Assembly: GCA_964016885.1 (NCBI GenBank)
Contig: OZ024741.1
Span: 165,106,001-165,170,000 of the forward strand
Length of the DNA stretch: 64,000 nt
Source of the DNA: Eledone cirrhosa
Taxonomy: Eukaryota
Direction: 5' to 3'
Part shown: positions 14,101 through 27,019 of the stretch, one piece after another
Layout: every line of letters starts with the position of its first letter
Numbering within the stretch: position 1 is the stretch's first letter
The notes under the pieces: generated by a model
Told to the model about the DNA's origin: nothing
Database searches by the model: none
What the model saw: only the letters and a program-made list of their open reading frames with translations
Made by a program: the position numbers and the translations under genes

Positions 14101-14489
14101 TGGCGATTGGTAGTATCGGTAGAGGGTTGGACGCCATGTTTTGTAGCATAGTTACATCCCTTTACAGTCTGAGTTCAAATCCCGCCAATGTTAACTTTGC
14201 CTTTCATCCTTACGGGGTCGATAAAATAAAGTACCAGTAATGCACTGGGATAATTGCTGGCCTTGTGCCTAAAGTAGAAACAATTATTATTACACAGCAG
14301 TGGATTGGCAATATCAGTAAAGGGTCAGACACCATGCTTTGAAACATAGAGTTACGGCCCTTTATGGTCTGAGTTCAAATCCCGCCATGGTTAACTTTGC
14401 CTTTCATCCTTACGGGACCGATACAATAAAGCACCAGTAATGCACTGGGATAAATGCTGGCCTTGTACCAAAAATGGAAACAATTATTA
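14101..14489 (+). mobile_element. Two tandem copies of tRNA-derived SINE family A (Deu/Nin-like core)
   Basis: Each ~190 bp: gtggattggcagtatcggtaga...gagttcaaatcccgcc...aactttgcctttcatccttacggggtcgataaaataaagtaccag...gaaacaattatt. Confidence 0.9.
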
Positions 14490-14717
14490 CACACTGCTTA
14501 GTACAACACCATTATACCTACGGGAAACTATGCATTTGTTGGTGTTTTGGTGAACTTATAGTAACTGGACGTTGCAATCACTCATCTCTGTCTGTGTGTG
14601 TGGGGGGAGGGGGGGGGGGCATCAACTGCATTACAATTACCACAGGTAATGAAATATTATGCTTTAAAAAAATTGTAAAGTATTGGTCTGTAAGTTCACC
14701 CTTACAAAAACAGATAA

Positions 14718-14897
14718 ATAATTGTTTCTACTTTAGGCACAAGGCCAGCAATTACCCAGTGCATTACTGGTACTTTATTTTATCGACCCCGTAAGGATGA
14801 AAGGCAAAGTCAACCTCGGTGGGATTTGAACTCAGATCGTAAAGGGACGTAACTATGCTGGAAAGCATGGCATCCGACCCTCTACCGATACTGCCAA
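14718..14897 (-). mobile_element. SINE family A
   Basis: Reverse complement of the family A consensus. Confidence 0.9.
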
Positions 14898-15732
14898 AAA
14901 AGTATACTTTCTTCTTAGCCAACATGCCACTTCTTTGTATAATGGCAAAAGCAGAAATTATTTCTTTAAACTTTTAATGTGTTAATAATAAATATTTGCT
15001 CTATGGGCTGAAATATCATCATCAGCATTTAAAGTCTATTTCCCATGCTTGCATGGGTCAGACATGTCGTCCGGGTCAAGAGACAAGTCTGTCCAGAATT
15101 GGCCACGATGTACCTTGCTCCGACGGGACTGAAAATTTGGTGGGGGGGGGGGGATTACAGCAAGATGCCCTTCCTAACACCAACCAAATTTACAGTGTGG
15201 AACTGGTTGGCACCGTTATGATGGTGCATGGCTTAGTGTTTAGAGCATTGAGCTCACAATTGTAAGTTTGAATCCCAGACCAGGTGGTGCATTGTGTTCT
15301 TGTTATTTCATATTGTTCTAGTTCACTCAGCTGTAGAAATGAGTTGCGACGTCTCTGGTACGAAGCTGTATTGGCCTTTGCCTTTCCCTTGGACAACATC
15401 AGTGGCATGCAAAGACGGGTGTTAAATGATGATGATACAAATATATATATGTGTGTGTGTGTGTGTGTGTATCTATGTAAAAAGTAAATAGATAAACAGC
15501 ACAGGAAAATGATATAGTATAATGGAAATATATAGTAGCTTAATGCATAATATAGTGGGAAAAGAGTCATGGGAAAAACGTTTTTTACATTAGTCCTTCA
15601 TCAGATAGAATGAGAAGAATAAATGGAAATTCTTTTGAGAGAGAGAAAGCGTGTGTGTGCTTAGCTTACCATTGTGTGTGTGTTTAAATATATATATATA
15701 TATATATATATTTAAAAGTCTAAAACCAGAAG

Positions 15733-15988
15733 GCTCATTTGGCCGGTGCTTATCCCGGTTTCATGGCGTAAAGTGACTGAGAGCATAAGACTCCCCCCTG
15801 GACAGGACGCCAGTCCATCGCAGGGTTCAACCTCCAGCTATTGCTGGTACTCATTTTCAGCTGAGTAAACTGGAGCAACGTGAAATAAAGTGTCTTGCTC
15901 AAGGAAACAGCACATCACCCGGTCCGAGAATTGAAGTCACAACCTTTCGATTGCAAGCCCAATGCTCTAACCACTAAGCCATGCACCT

Positions 15989-15990
<2 letters not shown>
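15733..15990 (-). mobile_element. SINE with a family B head and a different (Meta/V-like) 3' part
   Basis: Same tRNA head and core as family B; the 3' part reads cgatggactggcgtcctgtccagggggg on the minus strand. Confidence 0.75.
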
Positions 15991-16043
<53 letters not shown>

Positions 16044-16156
16044 GCACACACACACATTTGTTGCATCATTGTTTACCAACCCAAACCACCAGTTCTACCC
16101 ATTGGAAAACAGCCTAACATAAATTATATATATATATTTACACACACACGCATATA

Positions 16157-16231
<75 letters not shown>

Positions 16232-17149
16232 GCATATATATACACAGTCTAATATATATAAATATATAACAGAGAGCGAAAGAATATTTCTTTTCAAGTT
16301 ACCTTATCTTGCACATTCATCATCATCAACAGCATTTATATCATCACCATCACAACCACAGCATCATCATCACCATAATCTACACCATCAATATTATTGC
16401 CATCATTTACATCAACAGTACCATCAACATCACTACCATAGTCTCACCATCATTATCACATTCACACCATCACCATCATACCTGAAACCACTACCACTAC
16501 CACCACCATCATCATCCTCACCATCATTATGGTCATCATTATATTGAACAGAAACAAAAGTTTACAAAATTAAAGAGAAAATTATTTGGCACTGTCATTT
16601 TTCTATTTCTAAAACATTTGATTTATGAAACATAATGGAATATTATAAAATGAATATAATTTCTATGGAAGGACATCACCCATACAATTTCTATGACAAG
16701 CCAAAAATTCAACCTCATTCAAAACAATATTCTAAAGAACAACAATAATCTTTATATTTTCCACAATATAATTTGCTACACTTAGTATTTTCTCCCCATT
16801 TTCTGCTCTCTGTTCCATTCTCCCTACATACCATCTTCTTTTCATTTAGTTCATTTAGTTCATTTTCTTTTGTCAATTCCACGAACAGATTGCTTCCACC
16901 CACTACAAGGTCTTATAAAAGATTATATGCAGGAATTAAAATGAAACAGCCATGTAGACAGAAAGCCAAGTTCTGAAGTACAAAATCACTCTGATTCCAG
17001 TGAAAATATAAGCATAGCAACTACTGACTAATTCTTGAACCTTTTTAGCTTAGTGTAGATCAAAGATGAACAAGTTGCCATTTTAGTGGCTAACTGGCAG
17101 AGTTGTTAGAGCACAGGAAAATATGCCTAGCATTATTTGCTCCAAACTT

Positions 17150-17670
17150 GGTGGATGGCAGAGTCATCAGAGCATCAGACATGTTTTACAGCACAGAGTT
17201 ATGGCCCTTTTAATATTTTTAGTTCAAATCCCGCGGTAACTTTGCCTTTCATCCTTACGGGGTCGATGAAATAAAGTACCAGTCACGCACTGAGATTGAT
17301 TTAATCCACTTTCCCCTCTCCAAATTGCTGGCCTTGTGCCTATAAGTAGAAATCATTATTTGTTCCAAACTCACGGCAGTGGATTGGTTGAGTTATTAGA
17401 GTGTCAGTCAGATGTATAGTAGTACTTGCTGTGGATCTTTAGTTTCTCAGTTCAAATCCTGCCAATATCAACTTTGCCTTTCTTCTTTTGAGGTTTAGAA
17501 AATAAAGTACCAGTCCAGTACTGGGGCCAATATAATTTACTTTCCCTTCCTACCTTTTAAATTGCTTAACTTGTGCCAAAATCAGAAACCATTATTTGTT
17601 TCAAAATCTCTGCATTTTGAATTCAAATCCCACCATGGTTACCTTTTCTCTTTATCTTTTCGAATTGACG
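17150..17670 (+). mobile_element. Cluster of 2-3 older SINE family A copies
   Basis: Repeated gttcaaatcc...aactttgcctttc...aaataaagtaccag motifs. Confidence 0.8.
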
Positions 17671-17789
17671 AGATTTTGATGATGGTTTGTTTATTTTTAG
17701 AATGAGTTTTTAGTGTGGGCGATTTCGGGCGATTTCGGGCGGTTTGAACAAATGAAGGGGAAATAATTTTGGGTTAAAGTAGTATAGGT

Positions 17790-18222
17790 CACTTTACAAA
17801 GGTGTTTTATAAAGTAATAGAAGTTACATTATACAGGTGTTTATAATGCAGTAGAGATCACATTACACAGGTCTTGTATAAAGAATTAAAGGTGATATTA
17901 CGCAGGTATTTTATAAAATATTAGCAGTTATTTTATACATGTGTTTTATAATATGGTAGACATCATTCTACAGAGATGTTTGATAAAATATCACAGATCA
18001 TTTTGCAGAGGGTGTTATAATGTAGCAGAGGTCATATTAGATCACTTTACAGATGTTTTGTAAAGTTGTAGGGGTCACATTACACAGTTGTTTTATAAAG
18101 CAGAAGAGATCACATTATACTTGTTCATAAAATAGTAGAAGTTCTTTTACACATGTTTATAAAGAAGTAGAGGTCATATTACTCAGGTGTTATATAAAGT
18201 ATTAGAGGTCACTCCATAAAGG
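17790..18222. repeat. Degenerate ~39-bp minisatellite
   Basis: Recurring gtagaggtcacattacacaggtgttttataaa-like units. Confidence 0.7.
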
Positions 18223-18507
18223 TATATGTAGGAAACTAAGAGGAAGCCACAACAACAAAAATAAGAATAATAATAATAAGAATGATGACGACAATGATAA
18301 TGATGATAATATTCAAGATATGATATGGAAATAAAACCCTACATTTATAATTTTGGCAACAATAATTGGCTGAAGTTGCCAAGAATTGTGAATGTGTGTG
18401 TATTGTTATACACACACAGCTTGTATGTGTGTTGTATGACTGTGTGTGTGAGAGAGTGGGGGGGGGAGTGTGTGTATGCATGACTGCATGTGTATGCATA
18501 TGTGACT

Positions 18508-18538
<31 letters not shown>

Positions 18539-18847
18539 CGTGTGTGTGTATATATGTGATTATGTGCCTGCAGGTGTGTACACATCCCTGTGATGTTTTC
18601 CAACACAATATAATATCAGAGACCAAGATAGCTTTAGATGTAGTTTGCATATGTGTGTTTATGGATGATGTGTGACTGTATGAAAGTGCCTGCATGGGTG
18701 AGTGTCTGTATGGAGGTGTATAAGTGTTTGTATGCCTATGTGCTAATATAAAATAAGATGAAAATATAACCAAATCAGATTAATTTGGGTACAGATTGAA
18801 GACTGTAGAAGATGGCATGGAATTACAACAATATTACATCTGAGTTA

Positions 18848-19522
18848 TTAACCCTTTAATTACCAACCCGACCAAAACCAGCTCTGGTTCTATGAAATAA
18901 AACCACCTATTTTAAAGGTTTCCAATTTAAATTAAAATCTTCCAACATAATTTTATATAAGAACCTTAAATTAAGTTATTATCTTACCAACTCAGCCAAA
19001 ACCAGCTCTGGTTCTATGAAATAAAACCACCCAGTTTAAAGGTTTGCAATTTAAATTAAAATCTTCCAACATAATTTCATATAAGAACCTTAAATTAAGT
19101 TATTATCTTACCAACTCAGCCAAAACCAGCTCTGGTTCTATGAAATAAAACCACCCAGTTTAAAGGTTTGCAATTTAAATTAAAATCTTCCAGCATAATT
19201 TCATATAAGAACCTTAAATTAAGTTATTATCTTACCAACTCAGCCAAAACCAGCTCTGGTTCTATGAAATAAAACCACCCAGTTTAAAGGTTTGCAATTT
19301 AAATTAAAATCTTCCAGCATAATTTTATATAAGAACCTTACATTAAGTTATTATCTTACCAACTCAGCCAAAACCAGCTCTGGTTCTATGACATATAACC
19401 ACACATTTTAAAGGTTTCCATTTAAAATCTTCCAACATAATTTTAGTAAATCCCTTAAAATGTTTTATTAATTAATTGAAACAGAGTGTATTTCATTAGA
19501 AATGTGGTCATGAAAGGGTTAA
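18848..19522. mobile_element. TTAA-flanked piggyBac-like MITE containing a 124-bp tandem array (~4.8 copies)
   Basis: TTAA-CCCTTT at 18848 and AAAGGG-TTAA at 19522; taccaac recurs at 18861, 18985, 19109, 19233 and 19357. Confidence 0.8.
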
Positions 19523-19694
19523 TCATGATGAAAATAGAGTTAAATTCTGTCCCCAGAGAATAATATCTGTGTGTATATCATGACTCATACACTGTCCACT
19601 TTCCTCACATTTGTACATTATTCTATGTACTTTACATGCACCTTTGATGAGTTGTAGTGCACCTGAGCACTATACACAATAATTGTCATTATTA

Positions 19695-20012
19695 GGGCAG
19701 TGGATCGTTAGAGGGTCAGACGCCATGGTTTGCAGCATAGAGTTACGGGCCTTTACGATCTGATTCAAATCCCTCCGAGGTTAACTTTGCCTTTCATCCT
19801 TACGGGGTCGATAAAATAAAGTACCAGTAATGCACTGGGATGATTGCTGGCCTTGTGCCAAAAGTAGAAACAATTATTATCATTATACCATTCTGAGTTC
19901 AAATTCCGCTGAGGTTAACTTTGCCTTTCATCCTTACGGGGTCGATAAAATAAAGTACCAGTAATGCACTGGGTAATTGCTGGCCTTGTGCCACAAGTAG
20001 AAACAATTATTA
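19695..20012 (+). mobile_element. SINE family A, one full copy plus a 5'-truncated tandem copy
   Basis: Matches the family A consensus twice. Confidence 0.9.
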
Positions 20013-22074
20013 TCATTATACCAAACAATATGAGGGAAAAAGAAAAGGAAATTATTAATTCCTTGTGGTGTTGTAGTGGCAATGGCGTGACATATGCTGT
20101 GTGTTGATCACTTTAAACCTGGTGAAACATTTCAATCTCCAGGTCGGAACATAGCTGATTTCTTCCACAGCAGTGAGTGTTATAATGACAGTTACAGGAA
20201 GAATTGGTCTTAATATTGGAGTGATACTTTAATTCAGAGAGCAGTGAGATGGAACAAATACAGAAGCATTTAATCCAATGCCCTAATGACTGACAATTCG
20301 CTCTCTTCAGGAATACCAACTGCATGAAAAACACAGCCAAGTTGCTACTAACAGTGTTTTCTTTGTATCTCCTTTCCTGGTTTCAATCATTAAATTGTGC
20401 CTCTGCTGGAGCAATACATTCAAGAGTTTTAGTCAACAGATCAACCCCAGGACTCATTTTATCAATTACTATTTGCTGAACTGCTAAGTTGCAGAACATA
20501 AAAACATAATAGACATAAACAAACATAATGCCAGTTTTGGATGTCTCCATGTCCTCTATGACAATAGATATAATCTTGAAATTGTAATATATGAGGAGAG
20601 AGAGAGAGGTATGGGAACAGAGGCATGGAGATAAAGAGACTACATGTGGTATGTCTATGTGTGTGTGCATTTATTTCTAGATAACAGTGACTGGATGATG
20701 GTGAATGATGGACGAGGCTGGGGATGAGATGTGTGTTTGGAACATGTAAATAACTTTGTTAGATCTGACAATACAATAGACAGAACTAGTAGCAAAATAG
20801 CATTGAATTAAGAGGTGATAAAGAGATAGAAAGAGAGAAGAGGATGAGCAAAGTAGTGGTGGAAGTGGTAGAGAAGAGGAAGGAGTGGGTTGAAGGGAAT
20901 CTTTGAATTGTTTAACAAAAGAAAGTAAAGGTTTCATTGATGACATAAGAAAAAACCAAACCAAACATGATTAGACCAACAGACAAACTATCTGTAACAC
21001 TACAATCAATTACTATTATTCGACAGCAACCAATCCACATTCTGTCATTCTGTTGTTATTGTTATTGTCACTGATGTTCTGCTATTGTTTGTTCTTTATT
21101 CTATTCCAGTCACTCTGAATCTAAATATTAAAAAAATGCTAGAGATTTTAGATAGAGGAAGATAAAAAAACAAACAACATGAAGAACCCACCAAAACCAA
21201 CCATTATATATATTTATTCTTTAGAACTAATATCCTTTCAAGGAATAAACCAAATTCCAGATAGGTATGTGTATGATGACAACAATGACAACAACTACAA
21301 TGACAGAAGCAACAGCGATGACAAAAACAATAGCTAAATCATTGGTTAATTGAAATTTAAAGAGATTTTGAATCAGTTTCAATGAAAACAATTATTAATT
21401 CTTTTTCAGAGAGCCATTGATTTTCTGTCTATATATATATATATATGATAAGAAAACAAATCATGTTAGACTTTAACCAAAATTGAAGCTCATGTGTGTG
21501 TGCGTAGGTGTGTGAATTCAACATGGAAAGATGTGTATGTATGCATATAATGATAGTAAAAAGCTCTATGTTTTCATGAAAGAAACACATGGGCCTTAAA
21601 GTTCAACATCAGCCCCTTTGAATTCTAGTTTTAGTAAGCAGAAAAGGTGACAAGACTGATTCCATTAGTGAAATGGCCTAGTATAACTACATTTTATAGA
21701 CTTTGCTGTGAAAATTTCAACAAATGTAAAAAACAAACTCTTACTTTCTTTATACACATAAATTCATTCATAAGGGATTACCTAAAAATGTTTCACAGCT
21801 AATTGGCTGTTCATTAGTCAAGAAATTTGATCATTTGCACTACTAACCATAAATGTTCAGCTACAGGACTGGGATCTCTGGTGTTATGCAGTAGTACAGA
21901 AGACCCAACTTCTCATAAGCACAGGCTGAAGATGAAGCATACAATATCATATATTGATGCCCCACTCACACCCCACCCTCCCATACATCACTCCAAAGGA
22001 AAAGCTGTAGCATACATCTAGTGAAGCCTCCAGCCCACATGGTAAAGTGGTCGTGATGGCAACATAGCAAAAAT

Positions 22075-22981
22075 CACCCAGTCAACACTGTAATGGGGGT
22101 CATGTAGGTGTCTAAACAAAAAGCACCCAGTACTCACTGTAATGGGGGTCATGTGGGTGTCTCAACAAAAATCACCCAGTCAACACTGTAATGGGGGTCA
22201 TGTGGGTGTCTCAAAAAAAATCACCCAGTCAACACTGTAATGGGGGTCATGTAGGTGTCTAAACAAAAAGCACCCAGTACTCACTGTAATGGGGGTCATG
22301 TAGGTGTCTCAACAAAAAGCACCCAGTACTCACTGTAATTGTTTCTACTTTTGGCACAAGGCCACCAATTACCAGTACATTACTGGTACTTTATTTTATC
22401 GACCTCGTAAGGATGAAAGGCAAAGTTAACCTCGGCGGGATTTGAACTCAGAATGGCAAGGGCCGTAACTCTATACGTCAAAGCATGGCGTCCGACCCGC
22501 TCCCAATACTGCCAATTCACCGCCCCTCAGTACTCACTGTAATGAGGGTCATGTAGGTGTCTCAACAAAAAGCACCCAGTACTCACTGTAATGAGGGTCA
22601 TGTAGGTGTCTCAACAAAAAGCACCCAGTACTCACTGTAATGGGGGTCATGTAGGTGTCTCAACAAAAATCACCCAGTACTCACTGTAATGAGGGTCATG
22701 TAGGTGTCTAAACAAAAAGCACCCAGTACTCACTGTAATGGGGTCATGTGGGTGTCTCAACAAAAAGCACCCAGTACTCACTGTAATGAGGGTCATGTAG
22801 GTGTCTCAACAAAAAGCACCCAGTACTCACTGTAATGAGGGTCATGTAGGTGTCTCAACAAAAAGCACCCAGTACTCACTGTAATGAGGGTCATGTAGGT
22901 GTCTCAACAAAAAGCACCCAGTACTCACTGTAATGAGGGTCATGTAGGTGTCTCAACAAAAAGCACCCAGTACTCACTGTA
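22075..22981 (+). repeat. 49-bp minisatellite expanded from the RTE/SINE-B 3' UTR
   Basis: Unit cacccagtactcactgtaatgagggtcatgtaggtgtctcaacaaaaag; continues into an RTE-type tail to ~23148. Confidence 0.9.
22338..22527 (-). mobile_element. SINE family A inserted in the 49-bp array, 16-bp TSD
   Basis: CAGTACTCACTGTAAT at 22324-22339 and 22528-22543. Confidence 0.9.
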
Positions 22982-23543
22982 AGTGTTGTTGGAGTTAGGA
23001 AATGTATCCAGCCATTGAAACCAAGCCAGAAACAGTTCTATGTAAGCAAGACAGGGTCACCAGACCCAACTTGCCTCAAACAGGACAACCCATCTAACCC
23101 ATGCAAGCATAGAAAAAATGAACATTAAATGGTGGTGATGATGATGATTACAGCCCAACAATTATATAAATATAAGTAATTTGTATTTTGTTCTTTCTAA
23201 ATGTTTCATACTTAAGAAAGTTTATCATAATCAAGTTATAAGTAATATAATGCAGCCACAGAGTTCTGCTGGGAGTTGAATTGTATAAACTATGTATGCA
23301 ACTGAATCACTGCCAGCCCTTCTTCCAACTATCTATCAAGTCTCATACTGCTTATCATACAAACTAATTCTATTACAAAATAAAATAGAAAATATGCATA
23401 TATAAATCAGGAGGGATTCAGTTTGAAATTGGCTAGACCATTCATTACTCAATAGAGTGGTCAATAGTTGGGGTAGTAGAGTATGGTTATATTATAAAGA
23501 GCTGGGACCTCAATGGGTGAGCTCAGCAGTCGGGTCCCAACTC

Positions 23544-23614
<71 letters not shown>

Positions 23615-23847
23615 TCAGCTGTAGAAATGAGATGATAGAGACTGGCGTCCCTATCATTCCACTGCAAAGTGGTCGTGTAGGTGCCACGGAAAAAAACCAC
23701 CCAGCACTCACTGTAAATGAGGTTGGTGTTAGAAAGGGCATCCAGCTGTAGAAATCAAGCCAGAATCAGTTCCCGTCCCACCCTTGCAAGCAGGGAAAAG
23801 CAGACGTAAAATGAAATGATGAAATGATGATGATGATGATATATATA

Positions 23848-24225
23848 AAGGCGCATGGCTTAGTGGTTAGAGCATTGGGCTTGCAATCGAAAGGTTGTGA
23901 GCTCAATTCTCGGACCGGGTGATGTGTTGTTTCCTTGAGCAAGACACTTTATTTGACATTGCTCCAGTTTACTCAGCTGTAGAAATGAGATGATAGGACT
24001 GCGGTCCCTATCATTCCACTGCAAAGGGGTCGTAGAGGTGCCATGGCAAAAAAGCACCCAGAACTCACTGTAAATGAGGTTGGTGTTAGGAAGGGCATCC
24101 AACTGTAGAAATCAAGCCAGAATCAGTTCCCGTATGAGCAAGACATGGTCAGCTGACCAGACACTGCCCACAACATATGCTAGTGTTGAAGAACGGACGT
24201 AAAACGGTGATGATGATGATGATGA
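23848..24225 (+). mobile_element. SINE family B
   Basis: Full head, core and tail as at 11214. Confidence 0.85.
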
Positions 24226-24365
24226 TATATACACACACAAACACGTGCATGCACACACATACACACACATATATATATATATATATATACACACACATAT
24301 ATAGAGAGTGGGGGGAGAACATGTGTGGCTTTCTTTAAAATTTGCGTCGCAATCTCAACCAATGT

Positions 24366-24523
24366 ACCGTATTTCCCTGCACCAAAGATGCTACTTTTTA
24401 CCTAAAATAAGTCCCAAAAATCTACCATGCGGAAGGTTATTTTTTTTTTTTTTTTCAAATGTTTATTTGTCAAAATTAGGGTGAGTCCTTGAGAAGGAAA
24501 AGTCTTCGGCGCCGGGAAATACA
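24366..24523. mobile_element. Tc1/mariner-superfamily MITE
   Basis: Imperfect TIRs: ta-ccgtatttccctgcaccaaagat / gtcttcggcgccgggaaatacag. Confidence 0.65.
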
Positions 24524-24534
24524 GAACTTATCAT

Positions 24535-25060
24535 AATCATCACTGATTAATGTTTGTTTTCCATGCTGGCATGGTTTGGATGAGTTGACATGGACTGAGA
24601 TTAGACAGGACAGATGAACATGCCTTGCCCAAACATTCCATTTTGGCTTGGTTTCTATGGCTGGATGCCCTTCCTAATGACAACCACTCCACAGAGTGTA
24701 CTGAGTACATTATATCATGGAACTGACACTACCACTTTACAGAGTGAGCTGGGTTCTTTTTATTATGACACCAACACTACCACTTTGCAGAGTGGGACAG
24801 GTGTATTTTATTGTGGCACCAACACTACCACTTTACAAAGTGGGCTGGATGCTTTCTATATAACACCAGTACTACCACTTTACAGAGTGGGTTGGGCATA
24901 TTCTATTGTGGCACCAGCACTGTCACAATACAGAATGGGTTGGGAGTATCATGGCACCAGCACTGTCACAGTACAGAATTGGTTGGGAGTATTTTATCAT
25001 GGCACCAGATCTACCACTTTACAGAATAGGCTGGGTGGAATTTATCGTGACACCAACATT
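24535..25060 (-). mobile_element. RTE-type 3' UTR with a degenerate ~40-bp internal tandem array
   Basis: ggatgcccttccta tail motif followed by repeated ggcaccaacactaccactttacagagtgggctggg units. Confidence 0.7.
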
Positions 25061-25470
25061 ATTAAAAAGAAAAATTGTAATCATAAATTTCAAAGATCAT
25101 ATAACTGATTCCAAAATAATTTAGTCATATGACACACTTTTGTGATATTTATGAATATCCTTTTATCTGTTAACCAATAAAGGTGCCCTTCTCTGACATC
25201 TGTTACTGAAATAATCATAGAAGTAGGACAATTACATTGACTGAGGAGGAAGAAAAGTGACCACAATTCAAAACACCATAAAGTGAAATAATAGCTGGGT
25301 AGGTAAACACTGTAAAAAAATGGGATACAAAATATTTAAACTGAGCTATGTGACTCATCATAATTGGTTTTACATCTGCTTCGGTAAGCTGGTATGAGTT
25401 TATGATATAATTGATGTAATAAAAGAAAAAAAAAAACATTGTTTGCAGTGAATATATATTCTATTTTTTT

Positions 25471-25866
25471 CTAGGGCGGGTAACATTCCCGAGATCCATG
25501 GACGAGTTCTCTCCAGTAGTCTCTGTCCCTCATTATCGCTGCCATGTCCTGCATCTCCAACCGACCAGTGTCTGTCCTTAGGGCATCAACATACGTTAAC
25601 CTTGGTCTTCCTCTTCCAGTGTGTCCATGTAGGGGCTCCCACAGGAGCACTGAGTGCAATGTCAACTCTGGATGTCAGTGAGCATGTCCAGCTAACCTCA
25701 GTCTCCTCTGTCACTTTTGAGCTGACCTTTGGGATGCTCCCATACAGCTCTGAGTTTTTCATCCTCAGTGTATACTGATTAATGTTCAGAGCCATCCTCA
25801 GCATTCTCGTGTAGCACCCATCCACCATCTGAGTGAGTTTCTTGGTCAGTGTCCAAGTCTCACTTC
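25471..25866 (-). mobile_element. RTE-clade LINE RT C-terminal fragment (frameshifted)
   Basis: SETWTLTKK...DGCYTRMLRMALNI and LLWEPLHG...GRGRPRLTYVD...DRDYWR. Confidence 0.85.
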
Positions 25867-25875
25867 TATATATAT

Positions 25876-26132
25876 AATCAGATAGGGTGTGGTAAAAACC
25901 CAGGTGGACCATAACCCATCAGAGTACTTGATACTTGGGGTAGTAGAGTGGGTAATATGAAAAAATTCAGGACCCTGACGACTGAGCTCCAACCATTTCG
26001 ATAGCTAGATCCAAATGGCTGGGGCTTAGGCATCGGGGCCCTGAATCTTTTCATATTACCCATTCTACTACCCCAAGTATCAAGTACTCTGATGGGTTAT
26101 GGTCCACCTGGGGTTTTACCACACCCTATCTG

Positions 26133-26135
<3 letters not shown>
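25876..26135. repeat. ~260-bp fold-back element between (TA)n tracts; each arm holds the 3' half of a hammerhead
   Basis: ~120-bp inverted arms, atcagatagggtgtgg...ccacaccctatctgat. The minus strand reads GAAA-tggttg-gagct-cagtcg-TC. Confidence 0.85.
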
Positions 26136-26182
<47 letters not shown>

Positions 26183-26184
<2 letters not shown>

Positions 26185-26288
26185 GAAGTGATTTTACAGG
26201 ACTAGAACTGTTTCATTTGTGAGAAATCATCAGGAATTTGATGATTTCTCATGAATGAAACTGTTCTAGTCCTGTAGAATCTCTTCTA
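26183..26288. repeat. ~50-bp-arm fold-back with a hammerhead core on each strand, stem I missing
   Basis: Minus: CTGATGA-tttctcacaaat-GAAAC-agttcta-GTC. Plus: TTGATGA-tttctcatgaat-GAAAC-tgttcta-GTC. Confidence 0.7.
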
Positions 26289-26412
26289 TATTAAAACTTT
26301 TATACTCTGCTATGTATTGAGTACCTTACTTACTGTGGTTACCTCCGATTCAACCTGGAATAACTTACTTATATATATATATATATATATATATACACTT
26401 CAAACAATGCTT

Positions 26413-26449
<37 letters not shown>

Positions 26450-27019
26450 ATTGCTCTGCACCAGCTACAACTTCAGTTTATTATACTTATATATATATAT
26501 ATTCATTGCAAACAATTCTTATATATGTATATTCACTGCAAGCAATATATATATATGGATAGCTGACAGTAAGTCAGCATAAGGGTTTATGTAAGTGTGT
26601 GTGTGTGTGACCACTATCATCAGTTTACATCCACCTTTGATGCCACCATTGGTGTGATGGGTTGTCATAATCTGTGACTAGACAGGTCAGAGAGACCTGA
26701 TCTTGATCACTCACATATTTCATGTTTGCCATGGTTTCTATGCCTGGATGCAGATTTTGTCTACCAAATGTCAATGAAAAGGCATTAGCCAACAGGACGT
26801 TATAGTATCAGACACATGCTCAAGGTGTCATGCAGTAGGAGAGAACCAAAAACTAAGTGGCGGCAAGTGAACTCAACCACACAGCCATACCTATACCACT
26901 CTCATTTCTCATCTCATACTTTAGACTCTCTTTTTTCCTTTCTTTCCCTTTTTCCATTCCTCTGCTCAATATGTGGTTATATCTTAACCCGACATTTTAC
27001 TATACATATAATAATCAGC

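Noticed and set aside
15575-15615. Minus-strand CTGATGA
   Set aside because: No stem II/GAAA/NUH arrangement follows.
20080-20340. Complex island with short ORFs on both strands
   Set aside because: No consistent splice pair or recognisable protein.
25940-26065. A/G differences between hairpin arms as retro-copied ADAR editing
   Set aside because: Differences run in both directions and include C/T changes and transversions; ordinary transitions and CpG decay explain them.
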